64,000 bases of DNA from an uncultured Chryseobacterium sp. (GCA_964394425.1 CAYMXP010000002.1:13828-77827); one strand, 5' to 3'. Shown: positions 36,928-47,416, numbered from the stretch's first letter. Notes: generated by a model from the sequence alone, not told the origin. Translations and numbers: made by a program.

Positions 36928-39300
36928 ATGCTTCAAAAGCACCTCTTCGCTTCGCTGCTCATTGCCTTGAACAGCATCGCCTCCGCCCAGGACTCCCCCC
37001 GCTACGGCCGCGACAAATTCCGCCAGCTCGACCAGGAACTGCCCACGCCCAACGAGCAGCGCACCGCCAGTGGAGCGCCTGGCCATGCCTATTGGCAGAT
37101 GAAGGCCGACTACGATATCCACGTGGAGATCACCGAACCGAAGGCGAGCGAAGGCGTACTGCCCAAGCTGACCGGCTACGAGACCATCACCTACCACAAC
37201 CAAAGCCCCGACAAGCTGGGCTACCTCTGGCTGCAGCTGGACCAGAACATCTTCGAGCCGGGCAGCGATGCGAACACCACGCGCACCGGCACCCTCGGCG
37301 ACAGCGTGAGCCTCGCACAGGTGGAGAAGTGGGCGAGGCCCTTCGATGGCGGATACAAGATCACCGCCGTGACCGATGCCAGCGGCGGCGAGTTGAAGTA
37401 CACCATCAACAAGACCATGATGCGCGTGGACCTGCCCAAGCCGCTCGCACCAGGCGCCACCTTCAGCTTCAAGGTGAGCTGGTGGAACTGGATCAACGAT
37501 CGCTTCAAGTGGGGCGGCCGCGGCGGCTACGAGTACTTCCCCGATGAGGACAACTACATCTACACCATCGCGCAGTTCTACCCGCGCATGGCCGCCTACA
37601 TGGACTACAGCGGCTGGATGCACAAGCAGTTCCTCGGCCAGGGCGAGTTTACCCTCGACTTCGGCGACTACACCCTCAGCATCACTGCGCCGAGCGACCA
37701 TATCGTGGCAGCCACCGGCGAATGGGCGAACGCGTCGGCGGTGCTCACCACCGCGCAACAGAAGCGCCTCACTCAGGCACGCTCCAGCGACAAGCCGGTG
37801 ATGATCGTCACGCCACAAGAAGCGATGGACAACGAGAAGGAGCGGAGCGGTGGAACGAAAACCTGGGTGTTCAAAAGCAGGAACGTGCGCGACGTGGCCT
37901 TTGCCAGCAGCCGCAAGTTCATCTGGGATGCGATGAACCAGCCGGTGAAGACCAACAACGTGCTCTGCATGAGCTACTACCCCAAGGAGGGCAACCCGCT
38001 CTGGGAGCAGTACAGCACCAAGGTGGTGGCGCACACGATCAAGACCTACAGCAAGTTCACGGCCGACTACATCTACCCCGTGGCCATCAGCGTGCATACC
38101 GACCGCATCGGCATGGAGTACCCCATGATCTGCTTCAACGGCGGGCGGCCGGAGAAGGACGGCACCTACAGCGAACGCACCAAGTATGGCATGATCGGCG
38201 TGATCACCCACGAGGTGGGCCACAACTTCTTCCCGATGATCATCAACAGCGATGAGCGCCAGTGGACCTGGATGGATGAGGGTCTGAACACCTTCGTACA
38301 ATACCTCACCGAGCAGGAGTGGGACAAGGACTACCCCAGCTGGCGCGGCAAGCCCCGCAACATCGTGGACTACATGAAGGGGGATCCCAACGCCGCGCCC
38401 GACAAGGTGAAGGCGCGCATCGAGCCGATCATGACCAACAGCGAGAGCATCACGCAGTTCGGCAACAACGCGTACGGCAAGCCCTGCACCGCGCTCAACA
38501 TCCTGCGCGAAACCGTCATGGGCCGCGATCTCTTCGATCACGCCTTCAAGACCTATTGCGAACGCTGGAAATTCAAGCACCCCACACCGGCCGATTTCTT
38601 CCGCACCATGGAGGATGCCAGCGGCGTGGACCTCGATTGGTTCTGGCGCGGCTGGTTCTACACCACCGACCATGTGGACATCGAACTGGCCAACCTGCGC
38701 TACAAGCGGATGGATCCGCGCGATCCCTCGCTCGCCGAGAGCCTGAAGCGCGAGGACAAGGCCCGCGAAGTGCCGGACCTCAGCCGCCAGCGCAACATCG
38801 ATGACCACCTTGATTTCGTCGTGGACCGCGATCCCGCCACGCGCGATTTCTACAACAGCTACGATCCCCTCACCGCCACCGAGCGCGATAGGTCGGCCTA
38901 CGAGAAGTGGAAGAAGGGCCTGAAGCCGGAAGAACTCGCCCTGCTCGACGAGGATCTGCACCTTTACGAACTGCAGTTCAAGAACATCGGCGGGCTGGTG
39001 ATGCCGCTGATCCTGGAATGGGAATACGTGGATGGCACCAAGGAAGTGGAGCGCATCCCCGCGGAGATCTGGCGCATCAGCGACGACATCTCCAAGGTCT
39101 TCGTGAAGCGCAAGGAGGTGAAGAGCGTGGTGCTCGATCCCTTCCTCGAAACCGCCGACTGCGACCTGAACAACAACAGCTGGCCGCCACGCATGGTGCC
39201 CACGCGCTTCGACGTGTTCAAGGAGAACCAGTGGCGCGCCCCCAACCCCATGCAGGAGGAACGACAGAAGTTGACGGGAGGGGAGATGAAGGGCCAGTAG
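36928..39300 (+). CDS. Secreted M1-family zinc metallopeptidase (aminopeptidase N-like).
   Basis: Signal peptide 'MLQKHLFASLLIALNSIASAQ'. Gluzincin motif 'VITHEVGHNFF' and a downstream 'WMDEGLNTF' Glu. Start at the ATG at 36928; the upstream part of the ORF is not credible. Confidence 0.85.
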   Translation: MLQKHLFASLLIALNSIASAQDSPRYGRDKFRQLDQELPTPNEQRTASGAPGHAYWQMKADYDIHVEITEPKASEGVLPKLTGYETITYHNQSPDKLGYLWLQLDQNIFEPGSDANTTRTGTLGDSVSLAQVEKWARPFDGGYKITAVTDASGGELKYTINKTMMRVDLPKPLAPGATFSFKVSWWNWINDRFKWGGRGGYEYFPDEDNYIYTIAQFYPRMAAYMDYSGWMHKQFLGQGEFTLDFGDYTLSITAPSDHIVAATGEWANASAVLTTAQQKRLTQARSSDKPVMIVTPQEAMDNEKERSGGTKTWVFKSRNVRDVAFASSRKFIWDAMNQPVKTNNVLCMSYYPKEGNPLWEQYSTKVVAHTIKTYSKFTADYIYPVAISVHTDRIGMEYPMICFNGGRPEKDGTYSERTKYGMIGVITHEVGHNFFPMIINSDERQWTWMDEGLNTFVQYLTEQEWDKDYPSWRGKPRNIVDYMKGDPNAAPDKVKARIEPIMTNSESITQFGNNAYGKPCTALNILRETVMGRDLFDHAFKTYCERWKFKHPTPADFFRTMEDASGVDLDWFWRGWFYTTDHVDIELANLRYKRMDPRDPSLAESLKREDKAREVPDLSRQRNIDDHLDFVVDRDPATRDFYNSYDPLTATERDRSAYEKWKKGLKPEELALLDEDLHLYELQFKNIGGLVMPLILEWEYVDGTKEVERIPAEIWRISDDISKVFVKRKEVKSVVLDPFLETADCDLNNNSWPPRMVPTRFDVFKENQWRAPNPMQEERQKLTGGEMKGQ

Positions 39301-39552
39301 GCGCCTGTCCGGTGGATGTTGGTGCGGAAGGGCAGGAGGGTCCAAGCGGCAGGTCCGGTCCTGAGCGCCCACTGGGAACGGCCTGACGCGGCCCAGCCCC
39401 GTCTGCCATGTCGTTGATGCCTGGATGAAGCCGGCATTGCGGGGGAATGATCGCGGGATCTTTGCTCACACGGGTTGTTCACACACCCTCCGGTCCTGCT
39501 ATTCTTGCAGCATCGGTCGATCATGCTTGATCTCCCAGAGGCCGTCCGACCC

Positions 39553-41865
39553 ATGCGCGTGACGTTCACCATCGCCGCGGGCCTGCTCGCGGCGGGGGTT
39601 GGCGCTCAATGTTGCGACTACACCCTGAGCATGCTGGACGGCTATGGCGATGGCTGGAACGGCGGCACGCTCGAAGTGGACGTGAACGGCGCGTCCGTGG
39701 GCGTTTACTCCGCCACGGGGTACGGAAGCTCGGCCTCGTTCAGCGTTTGCAATGGCGATGTGGTCACGCTGACCTACACCGCCGGGGATTGGGAGAACGA
39801 GAACAGCTACTGGCTCACCTCGGGCAATGGCGCGGTGATCTGGAGCGACGGCCCCGATCCGGGGACCGGGACGGTCTTCTCGACCTCGGGCGATTGCGTT
39901 TCAGTTCCGGCGCCGGGCAGCGCGCCCTGTGCGCCCCTGCCGATCGACACCACGGATTGTGTGACGGTGAACAACACCGGCGTGGCAGGCACGGGCATAT
40001 CGCCCGGCTGCGGCGACTACGCCGGAGGGGACCTGTGGTTCGCCATGCCCATGACCGCGTCGCGGAACGTGGAGGTGAGCACCGCGGGCACGGGCGGCCT
40101 GGATGACACCGCCCTCGCCCTGTGGACCGGTCCCGATTGTTCGAACCTGACCCTGCGCGCCTGCGACGACGACAGCGGCCCCGGCTATCTGTCGTGGCTT
40201 TCCCTGCTCGAACTGCCCGCCACCGACAGCCTGTACATACAGGCCTTCGGTTATGGAGGCGGCACGGGTCCGTTCGATGTGTGCGTCACCGACCCGGGCT
40301 TGCTCAGCGTGGACAGTTCCGAGCTGCCCATCGTGCTGATCCACACGCTGGGCCAGGCGATCCCGTTCGGGCAGAAGATCGATGCACGGATGGAGGTGAA
40401 GTACAACGGGCCGGGCACCATCACCCACCTCACCGACCCATCCAACGTGTACGACGGCCACATCGGCATCGAGGTGCGGGGTGCGACCTCCGCCGGCTAT
40501 CCCCAGCGGCCTTACAACGTGGAGACGCGCGACAGCCTGGGCGGGAACCTGGACGTGCCCCTGCTCGGCATGCCCGAGGAGAACGACTGGTTCCTGTTGA
40601 GCAACTACAACGACCGCTCCTTCGTGCGGAACGCGCTGGCCTTCGACCTCTCGCGCCGCATGGGCCAATGGGCGCCGCGCACGCACCTGTGCGAAGTGCT
40701 CGTGGACAGCGCCTACCGCGGCGTGTACGTGCTGGGTGAGCGCGTCAAGCGCGATGGCGACCGCGTGGATATCGCCAAGCTGACCTCCACCGAGATCAGC
40801 GGCGACGACCTCACCGGCGGTTACATCCTGGAACAGAACCTCTGGGACTGGAGCAACAGCTTCCAGTCGAACTGGTCGCCCATCGACCACCCCGGGTTCG
40901 ACATCCACTTCATCTACAAGTACCCCGATCCCGACAGCATCGCCCAGGAGCAGAAGGACTACATCGCCGCCTACGTGGACAGCCTGGAGACCGCCCTGTA
41001 CGCTCCTGACTTCGCCGACCCGGTCACGGGCTATCGCAAGTACCTCGATGTGCCATCGTTCATCACCTACTTCCTGGTGAACGAACTGTCGCGCAACAAC
41101 GACGGCTTCAAGAAGAGCCGCTACTGGCACAAGGACAAGCACAGCAATGGCGGCCGGCTGAAGGCGGGACCTGTATGGGATCTCGACTGGGCCTGGAAGG
41201 ACCTGTGGGGGTGCGAGATCTTCGAGAACACCGATGGCAGCGGGTGGGCGCACCTGATCAACGACTGTCCAACGGACAATTACGGCTGCGGATGGTACGT
41301 GCGCCTTTTGCAGGACAGCGCCTTCGCCGGCGAACTCCGATGCGCGTATGACGAACGACGCGCCGACGTCCTTTCAGAGAGCAGCATCAACGCATACATC
41401 GACAGCGTGGGCGCGCTCGTGCAGAACGCGCAGGCCCGGCACTTCCAACGATGGCCCATCCTCGGCATGAGCGGTCCGGCGCCGGAGGTGGGGGCCATCG
41501 CCACCACCTATTCCGCGGAACTGGACACGCTGAAGGCGTGGATCGCCGAACGGCTGGGCTGGCTGGATGCCAACATCCCGGGTCTCTGCCTGGTCACCTC
41601 CGTGCAGAACATCGCTCCGGTCGCCGTGCTCGAAGTGCATCCGGACCCCACTGACGGCCGGTTCACCGTCTCGGTGCAGCCGCCGCCCCATGGACCCGCT
41701 GAACTCACGATCCGCGACATGACCGGTCGCATCGTGCAGCGCCAGGGCATCCAGGCAGGGGACACACGGCATTTCTTCCACCTCGCGACGGCGGGCGCCT
41801 ATGTCGTCAGCCTCACCTCATCGGGTGGCCTCGTGGCACAACGACGGGTGAACGTGGTGAGATGA
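39553..41865 (+). CDS. CotH-family (atypical kinase-like) protein with a T9SS C-terminal sorting domain.
   Basis: Signal peptide 'MRVTFTIAAGLLAAGVGAQ'. N-terminal Cys-rich domain. CotH core 'DWFLLSNYNDRSFVRNALAFDLSRRMGQWAPRTHLCEVLVDSAYRGVYVL…KSRYWHKDKH'. Por_Secre_tail-like end 'LEVHPDPTDGRFTVSV…AGAYVVSLTSSGGLVAQRRVNVVR'. Confidence 0.8.
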   Translation: MRVTFTIAAGLLAAGVGAQCCDYTLSMLDGYGDGWNGGTLEVDVNGASVGVYSATGYGSSASFSVCNGDVVTLTYTAGDWENENSYWLTSGNGAVIWSDGPDPGTGTVFSTSGDCVSVPAPGSAPCAPLPIDTTDCVTVNNTGVAGTGISPGCGDYAGGDLWFAMPMTASRNVEVSTAGTGGLDDTALALWTGPDCSNLTLRACDDDSGPGYLSWLSLLELPATDSLYIQAFGYGGGTGPFDVCVTDPGLLSVDSSELPIVLIHTLGQAIPFGQKIDARMEVKYNGPGTITHLTDPSNVYDGHIGIEVRGATSAGYPQRPYNVETRDSLGGNLDVPLLGMPEENDWFLLSNYNDRSFVRNALAFDLSRRMGQWAPRTHLCEVLVDSAYRGVYVLGERVKRDGDRVDIAKLTSTEISGDDLTGGYILEQNLWDWSNSFQSNWSPIDHPGFDIHFIYKYPDPDSIAQEQKDYIAAYVDSLETALYAPDFADPVTGYRKYLDVPSFITYFLVNELSRNNDGFKKSRYWHKDKHSNGGRLKAGPVWDLDWAWKDLWGCEIFENTDGSGWAHLINDCPTDNYGCGWYVRLLQDSAFAGELRCAYDERRADVLSESSINAYIDSVGALVQNAQARHFQRWPILGMSGPAPEVGAIATTYSAELDTLKAWIAERLGWLDANIPGLCLVTSVQNIAPVAVLEVHPDPTDGRFTVSVQPPPHGPAELTIRDMTGRIVQRQGIQAGDTRHFFHLATAGAYVVSLTSSGGLVAQRRVNVVR

Positions 41866-42744
41866 TCACGGAGAAGGGGCCGAGCGGCTGATCACCAGCA
41901 ACCGCCTTGGCTCGAGGCGGAAGCTTAGGTCACCGCCGATCACCACCGGCTCTCCGTCCAGGTGAGCGAGCGTACCAGCCTGTTGCACCTTCGCTTCGCG
42001 GGTGACGATGGTCCGGATGTGTCGGTTGCGGTCCGCGCGACCGGTGTACACGTCATAGAAGGCCTTGAGCAGGGGCAGGAGCGAAGGCTTGCGCACCACT
42101 TGCAGTTCCGCCAGGCCATCGTCGGGCATCGAGCCGGGACTGATGATCGCCCCATTGCCGAATTCACGCGTATTGGCGAAAACCATCATCAGCACCTCAT
42201 CCTCTATGGTGGCGTTGTTCGCCTTCACCAACACGCGCATGGGCTTCGCACCGAAGATCTCCTGGAGGATGATCTTCATGTAGTTCCAGGGACCACGCCG
42301 GCTGTGTTCGAAAGCCGCGGCCACGCGCGCGTCGAACCCGATGCCCGCCGTGCCGAGGAACAATCTGTCGTTGAGGTAGCACACGTCCATGAGCCCCGGC
42401 CTGCCCGTGAGCGCGATGCGCAGGGCCTGCTCCGGCTTCAGCGGAAGATGCAGGGATCGCGCATAGCCGTTACCGCTGCCCATCGGCACGATCCCCAGCG
42501 GCGTGTCCGTGCCGACCAGCCCGGCCGCCACGGCGTTCAAGGTGCCATCACCTCCGGCGCTGATCACCCGATCGGCGCCGCTTTCATGTGCCTGGCGCGC
42601 GAGTTCCGTGCCATGGCCCGGACCTTCGATGGTCCGGATGTGCAGGTCAACGTGGAGTTCGTCGGCCATCCGTTGCGCGACCGCCTTCACCGTTGGTGCC
42701 TTGCGCTTTCCGCTGTGCGGGTTGACGATCAACGTGACCTTCAT
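41866..42744 (-). CDS. Diacylglycerol-kinase-family lipid kinase (YegS/DgkB-like).
   Basis: DAGK_cat 'MKVTLIVNPHSGKRKA…RVISAGGDGTLNAVAAGLVGTDTPLGIVPMGSGNGYAR'. Confidence 0.85.
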   Translation of the reverse strand: MKVTLIVNPHSGKRKAPTVKAVAQRMADELHVDLHIRTIEGPGHGTELARQAHESGADRVISAGGDGTLNAVAAGLVGTDTPLGIVPMGSGNGYARSLHLPLKPEQALRIALTGRPGLMDVCYLNDRLFLGTAGIGFDARVAAAFEHSRRGPWNYMKIILQEIFGAKPMRVLVKANNATIEDEVLMMVFANTREFGNGAIISPGSMPDDGLAELQVVRKPSLLPLLKAFYDVYTGRADRNRHIRTIVTREAKVQQAGTLAHLDGEPVVIGGDLSFRLEPRRLLVISRSAPSP

Positions 42745-44576
42745 GGCTTCGCCGTCAGATCGCCGCGCAGCAGGTGGCCGTTGAATTGCTGGATGGCGGC
42801 TTTCAACCAGGGCTCCATGTCCCGCGTGGGCGCGTCGGCCGCGGTCGCCGGTGGTGGAAGCACATGCTCGCCATCGAACTTCAACTGCCGCCGGCCGCTG
42901 CCGATCGCCATGTAGATGCTGTTGCTCGAGCTGATCGCGATCGGTGGACGATCAGCCTGAAGCACGCTGTGCCCGAAGCTGAAGAAGCGCCCGTGGTGGC
43001 CGATCAGATGGAGCACCGTGGGAAGGATGTCGATGTGCTGCACCACGCGATCGTCCGCACCGGGTTCGATGCGCTCCGGCATGTAGAAGAGCAGCGGCAC
43101 CCAGTAGTCACGTTCGTCGCGGACCAGCTGCCCGTCGCGCTTCAGGTCGGCCGTGTGGTCGGCGGTGATCACGAACAGTGTGTTGCGGAACCACTTCGAG
43201 CCGCGAACCGTCGCGAAGAACCGTCGCAGGGCATCATCCGCGTATCGCAGGGTGGGTTCGATCCGGTGATCGCCGCCGGCGAAGCGGGCCGCCACGGGGT
43301 CGGGAAGCTTGTAGGGGTGATGCGAGGTGAGCGTGAACAACGTGCTGAAGAAGGGCTGTTGTTCCTTCTGGAGTTCCTGCGCGAAGAATTGCAGGAAGGG
43401 CCGGTCGAGGACGCCCCAGGTGCCGTCGTCGTCCGACCGGTCCGGGTATTCATCGTAGCCCACGTAGCGTTCGATGCCCGCCTGCCGCGCGAAACCATCG
43501 AAGCCCATCGTGCCGTTGTGCCCGCCGTGGTAGAAGCTGGTGCGATACCCCTCTTCCTTCAGCACGCCTGGCAACGAGGTGAAGGGCAGTTGCGCATAGC
43601 GCGATGCGACGAACGCCTCGTTCATGAGTTCCGGCAGCGAAGCGAGGATCGCCGGCAGGCCATCGATGCTCCGTCGGCCGTTCGCATAGGCATGCTCGAA
43701 ATTGAGCCCGGTGCCCATCAACGAGTCGAGGAAAGGCATGCACCTGCCCGCGTGGCCGGACAGCCGTTCGCTGTACGCAGCGGAAAAACTCTCCAGGATG
43801 ATCACCACCACGTTGGGTCGTGCGCCGGCGATCGCGCTGTCGGCGAACTGGTGGATGACCGGCCACAGGCGATCGGCTTCCTCCTGGCTCATGTAATGCC
43901 TTTCCGACAGGGCCGGCTTGCCCAGGCCGTGGAAGAACGTGAAGGCCGAGTTAAGGACCAGGGGTGAATACGCCGCATCGGCGTAGCGCGTGGCGGTCGC
44001 CGGGCCGATGGGCACCAGCTGAAGTCCGCCGCGCCATAGCACGGCCATCAACGCGACGACCATGGCGCGCCAGGACCACCGCCGCCAGCCGGCCGCCGCG
44101 CCCGTTGCACGGCCGCTCCAACGCCAGAGCAGCTCGGCGAGCACGAGGCAGGCGATGAAGATCGCGGCGACATGCCAGAACTCGACAAGGAACCCCCCGG
44201 CCAGGTGCCGCAGGTCCGTGCCCGCCGTGCCGATGGTGAGCAGGTCGCTGGTGCTGCGCTTGAGCGTGAACCTGTAGTATTCGATGTCGACGGCGTTGAG
44301 AAAGAAGCCGATCGCGTTGCCCAGGTGGAAGAGCGGGCGTTGCGTGACCGCGGCCCATCGCGAGGGGGATGGCCACATCAGAAAAAGCGTGATCCACGGG
44401 ATGTTCAGCCAGGCGATGGCCACCAGGTCGAACCTCATCCCGCCGAGGAATGCGCTGAACGGCGCGGAGGGGAAGCTGTCCTGGTTGAGCGCCCAGAACG
44501 CCAGCCGGAGCAGCGAATGGATCAGGGCCAGCCCGGCCAGGCGTGCGAGCACTACGGACAATGGACCGCGCAGCAT
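42741..44576 (-). CDS. LTA-synthase/sulfatase-family membrane-anchored phosphotransferase (LtaS/OpgB-like, alkaline-phosphatase superfamily).
   Basis: N-terminal TM helices, then 'RPNVVVIILESFSAAYSERLS' and 'NTLFVITADH'. Start ambiguous: 44576 vs 44642. Its stop overlaps the DAGK start. Confidence 0.75.
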   Translation of the reverse strand: MLRGPLSVVLARLAGLALIHSLLRLAFWALNQDSFPSAPFSAFLGGMRFDLVAIAWLNIPWITLFLMWPSPSRWAAVTQRPLFHLGNAIGFFLNAVDIEYYRFTLKRSTSDLLTIGTAGTDLRHLAGGFLVEFWHVAAIFIACLVLAELLWRWSGRATGAAAGWRRWSWRAMVVALMAVLWRGGLQLVPIGPATATRYADAAYSPLVLNSAFTFFHGLGKPALSERHYMSQEEADRLWPVIHQFADSAIAGARPNVVVIILESFSAAYSERLSGHAGRCMPFLDSLMGTGLNFEHAYANGRRSIDGLPAILASLPELMNEAFVASRYAQLPFTSLPGVLKEEGYRTSFYHGGHNGTMGFDGFARQAGIERYVGYDEYPDRSDDDGTWGVLDRPFLQFFAQELQKEQQPFFSTLFTLTSHHPYKLPDPVAARFAGGDHRIEPTLRYADDALRRFFATVRGSKWFRNTLFVITADHTADLKRDGQLVRDERDYWVPLLFYMPERIEPGADDRVVQHIDILPTVLHLIGHHGRFFSFGHSVLQADRPPIAISSSNSIYMAIGSGRRQLKFDGEHVLPPPATAADAPTRDMEPWLKAAIQQFNGHLLRGDLTAKP

Positions 44577-44632
44577 CACGGCGAAGATGGCGCGAACACG
44601 GCCAACGGCCTCCCTGTACTTTCGCGGCCGCG

Positions 44633-46648
44633 ATGCCCACACTGACCACCGAGGACCTCCAGACGCGCTTCCAGAAGGGGAACCTCACCGACGCCTTCCT
44701 GTTGAAGACCCATGAGCTTCTCGTCCGTCCGCGGATGATCGAGGAGAAGATGCTCAGCCTGCTGCGGCAAGGCAAGATCAGCAAGTGGTTCAGCGGCATC
44801 GGGCAGGAGGCCATCAGCGTGGGCGCGGCCATGGTGCTGCGCGACGACGAGTACATCCTGCCCATGCACCGCAACCTGGGCGTGTTCACCACGCGCGGCA
44901 TGCCCTTCACCAGGCTCTTCGCGCAATGGCAGGGCAAGGCCACCGGCTTCAGCAAGGGCCGCGAGCGCAGCTTCCACTTCGGCAGCAAGGAGCACCGGGT
45001 GGTGGGCATGATCAGCCACCTCGGCCCGCAGATGGGCATCGCCGACGGCATCGCGCTGGCGCACAAGATGAAGAAGGAGGCCCGCTGCACGATCGTCTTC
45101 ACCGGCGACGGCGCCACCAGCGAGGGCGACTTCCACGAGAGCGTGAACGTGGCCGCGGTGTGGGACCTGCCCGTGCTTTTCATCATCGAGAACAACGGCT
45201 ATGGCCTCAGCACGCCCAGCCGGGAGCAGTTCCGCATGAGGAGCTTCGTGGACAAGGCCGTGGGTTACGGGATCGAAGGCGTGCAGGTCGCCGGCAACAA
45301 CATCCTGGAGGTGTACAACACCCTGGCGAAGCTGGCCGATCGCGTGCGCGAGAACCCGCGGCCGGTCCTGGTGGAGTGCGTCACCTTCCGCATGCGCGGG
45401 CACGAGGAGGCCAGCGGCACCAAATACGTGCCCAAGGAATTGTTCGAGGAGTGGGGGAGGAAGGACCCCGTGGTGAATTATGAGAACTGGCTGTTGAAAG
45501 AGGGCGTTCTCAGCGAGAAGGTGAAGGGCGATGTCCGCGACGCGATCAAGCAGGAGATCGAGGAGGGGCTGAAGGTGGCCTTCGATGAGCCGGAACCGGT
45601 GCCGGTGAAGGAGGTGGAGGAGGGGGATGTGTATGCGCCACAAGCTTCAGGCTTCAAGCCTCAAGCTTCAAACCCGACGGTGCGGAAGAGCGAGAAACGT
45701 TTCATCGACGCGATCAGCGACGGCATGGCGCAGAGCATGGAGCGTCACCCGAACCTCGTGCTCATGGGCCAGGACATCGCGGAGTACGGCGGGGCCTTCA
45801 AGATCACCGAGGGTTTCGTGGAGCGCTTCGGGAAGGAGCGCGTGCGGAACACGCCGCTGTGCGAGAGCGCGATCATCGGCGCGGGGCTCGGCCTCAGCAT
45901 CAAGGGCATGAAGGCGATGGTGGAGATGCAGTTCGCCGACTTCGTGAGCGAGGGCATGACCCAGATCTGCAACAACCTGGCGAAAATGCACTACCGCTGG
46001 GGGCAGAACGCCGACGTGGTGGTGCGCATGCCCACCGGCGCGGGCGTGGGCGCGGGGCCCTTCCACAGCCAGAGCAACGAGATGTGGTTCGTGAAAACGC
46101 CGGGCCTGAAAGTGGTCTACCCCGCGACCGTCCACGACGCGAAGGGCCTGCTCATGGCAGCCTTCGACGATCCCAACCCGGTGATCTTCTTCGAACACAA
46201 GGCGCTCTACCGCAGCATCACGGAGAGCATCCCCGACGAGCCCTACACCGTGCCGATCGGCAAGGCGCGCGTGGCGCGTGAGGGCCATGCGATGAGCATC
46301 ATCACCTACGGCATGGGCGTGCACTGGGCGCTGGAAGCCGTGAAGGAGGCCGCCGTGGACGCCGAGATCATCGACCTCCGCACGCTCCTACCCATGGACA
46401 CCGAGGCGATCTACGCCAGCGTGCGCAAGACCGGTCGCGCACTGGTGTTGCACGAGGACACGCTCACGGCCGGTCTGGGCGGCGAGATCAGCGCGTTGAT
46501 CACCGAACATTGTTTCGAAAGCCTCGACGCGCCGGTGATGCGCGTGGCCAGCTGGGATACGCCCGTGCCTTTCGCCATACCGCTGGAGCAGGGCTTTCTG
46601 GCGAAGGGGAGGGTGAAGGAGGCGATCGTCAAGCTGGCGGAGTACTAG
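44633..46648 (+). CDS. Fused alpha-beta 2-oxoacid dehydrogenase E1 component, TPP-dependent.
   Basis: Alpha part 'IVFTGDGATSEGDFHESVNVAAVWDLPVLFIIENNGYGLSTP' (TPP motif GDG…N). Beta part 'RNTPLCESAIIGAGLGLSIKGMKAMVEMQFADF…YTVPIGKARV'. Confidence 0.9.
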   Translation: MPTLTTEDLQTRFQKGNLTDAFLLKTHELLVRPRMIEEKMLSLLRQGKISKWFSGIGQEAISVGAAMVLRDDEYILPMHRNLGVFTTRGMPFTRLFAQWQGKATGFSKGRERSFHFGSKEHRVVGMISHLGPQMGIADGIALAHKMKKEARCTIVFTGDGATSEGDFHESVNVAAVWDLPVLFIIENNGYGLSTPSREQFRMRSFVDKAVGYGIEGVQVAGNNILEVYNTLAKLADRVRENPRPVLVECVTFRMRGHEEASGTKYVPKELFEEWGRKDPVVNYENWLLKEGVLSEKVKGDVRDAIKQEIEEGLKVAFDEPEPVPVKEVEEGDVYAPQASGFKPQASNPTVRKSEKRFIDAISDGMAQSMERHPNLVLMGQDIAEYGGAFKITEGFVERFGKERVRNTPLCESAIIGAGLGLSIKGMKAMVEMQFADFVSEGMTQICNNLAKMHYRWGQNADVVVRMPTGAGVGAGPFHSQSNEMWFVKTPGLKVVYPATVHDAKGLLMAAFDDPNPVIFFEHKALYRSITESIPDEPYTVPIGKARVAREGHAMSIITYGMGVHWALEAVKEAAVDAEIIDLRTLLPMDTEAIYASVRKTGRALVLHEDTLTAGLGGEISALITEHCFESLDAPVMRVASWDTPVPFAIPLEQGFLAKGRVKEAIVKLAEY

Positions 46649-46660
46649 CCTCTCAGAGTT

Positions 46661-46685
46661 GACGCTCGCGTCTTTCGCGAGCGTC
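46661..46685. terminator. Perfect 10-bp-stem hairpin between the convergent E1 and hicA genes; a candidate bidirectional intrinsic terminator.
   Basis: gacgctcgcg-tcttt-cgcgagcgtc read directly from the sequence. No U-tract. Confidence 0.5.
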
Positions 46686-46712
46686 GCATTCGCTTAGGGC
46701 CTCCGGCCCGCC

Positions 46713-46997
46713 TTATTTGTTCACCACCACATATCGCTCTCCCGCCTTCCGTATCACCTTGCGTCCCTCCATGATATCGTGGTAGTCATCGCGCGTCAAC
46801 CCAAGCAGCTTGATGAGTTTGCGGGCGATCCGCTCAGGTACAGGATCAACGTGCGATTGGATGATCACCGGCCGGAAGAGATCGGAGCGCGTCCATTTCT
46901 CATGCCCGCCCTTGGTATGGATGTACTTGCAACCGGCCAGCTCAAGGAAGGCCTGGAACTCGCGCAGCGGAATGTTGCTGAGCTTGCGCGAGGACAT
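46713..46997 (-). CDS. hicA: HicA-family mRNA-interferase toxin (YcfA-like).
   Basis: 'LREFQAFLELAGCKYIHTKGGHEKWTRSDLFRPVIIQSHVDPVPERIARKLIKLLGL' fits the HicA dsRBD-like fold with the conserved H/G. Immediately downstream of a HicB-like gene. Confidence 0.65.
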   Translation of the reverse strand: MSSRKLSNIPLREFQAFLELAGCKYIHTKGGHEKWTRSDLFRPVIIQSHVDPVPERIARKLIKLLGLTRDDYHDIMEGRKVIRKAGERYVVVNK

Positions 46998-46999
46998 GG

Positions 47000-47380
47000 T
47001 TACAGCGCAAAGGCCACCTCGCGCTTTTCGCTTTTCACATCCAGCCGGCCAGCGATCTCACGGTAGTCCTCATTGTCGGCGAGGAGCTCGGCGTGTTCGG
47101 GAGCTCTGAGCCGTTTCTTCTTCTTGTTCATCGTCCAGCCCAGGCGCTCCAGTTCCTTGTAGATGGTGCCTTTGTTGTGGGTGTATTCCATGAACTCATC
47201 CAGCATGACGTCCAGGGAGCGTCTGGCTTCCTCCTCCGACTTGCCATACCCGGTGATGTCCAACGAGGGCGCGAATGCGTAGTGGATCCCATCGTCCTCC
47301 CACAGGAACACGACCAGCCCGACGATGACCCGGTCACCGCCCTTGACCGAATAGGATCTGATAATGCGCTTCTTGCTCAT
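47000..47380 (-). CDS. hicB: HicB-family antitoxin (UPF0150).
   Basis: 'YSVKGGDRVIVGLVVFLWEDDGIHYAFAPSLDITGYGKSEEEARRSLDVMLDEFME' is an RNase-H-like HicB N-domain. Its stop lies 3 nt before hicA. Confidence 0.65.
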   Translation of the reverse strand: MSKKRIIRSYSVKGGDRVIVGLVVFLWEDDGIHYAFAPSLDITGYGKSEEEARRSLDVMLDEFMEYTHNKGTIYKELERLGWTMNKKKKRLRAPEHAELLADNEDYREIAGRLDVKSEKREVAFAL

Positions 47381-47416
47381 GGATCGTTCGAGAATGATGT
47401 GTAGAGCGGGGACAAG

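Noticed and set aside
36367-39372. A 1001-aa ORF antisense to the M1 peptidase.
   Set aside because: GC-driven antisense ORF. The sense strand carries HEXXH…E and a signal peptide.
39475-39552. An upstream extension of the CotH ORF ('MFTHPPVLLFLQHRSIMLDLPEAVRP').
   Set aside because: A canonical signal peptide starts at the internal ATG at 39553 (MRVTFTIAAGLLAAGVGAQ). The extension is unlikely to be translated.
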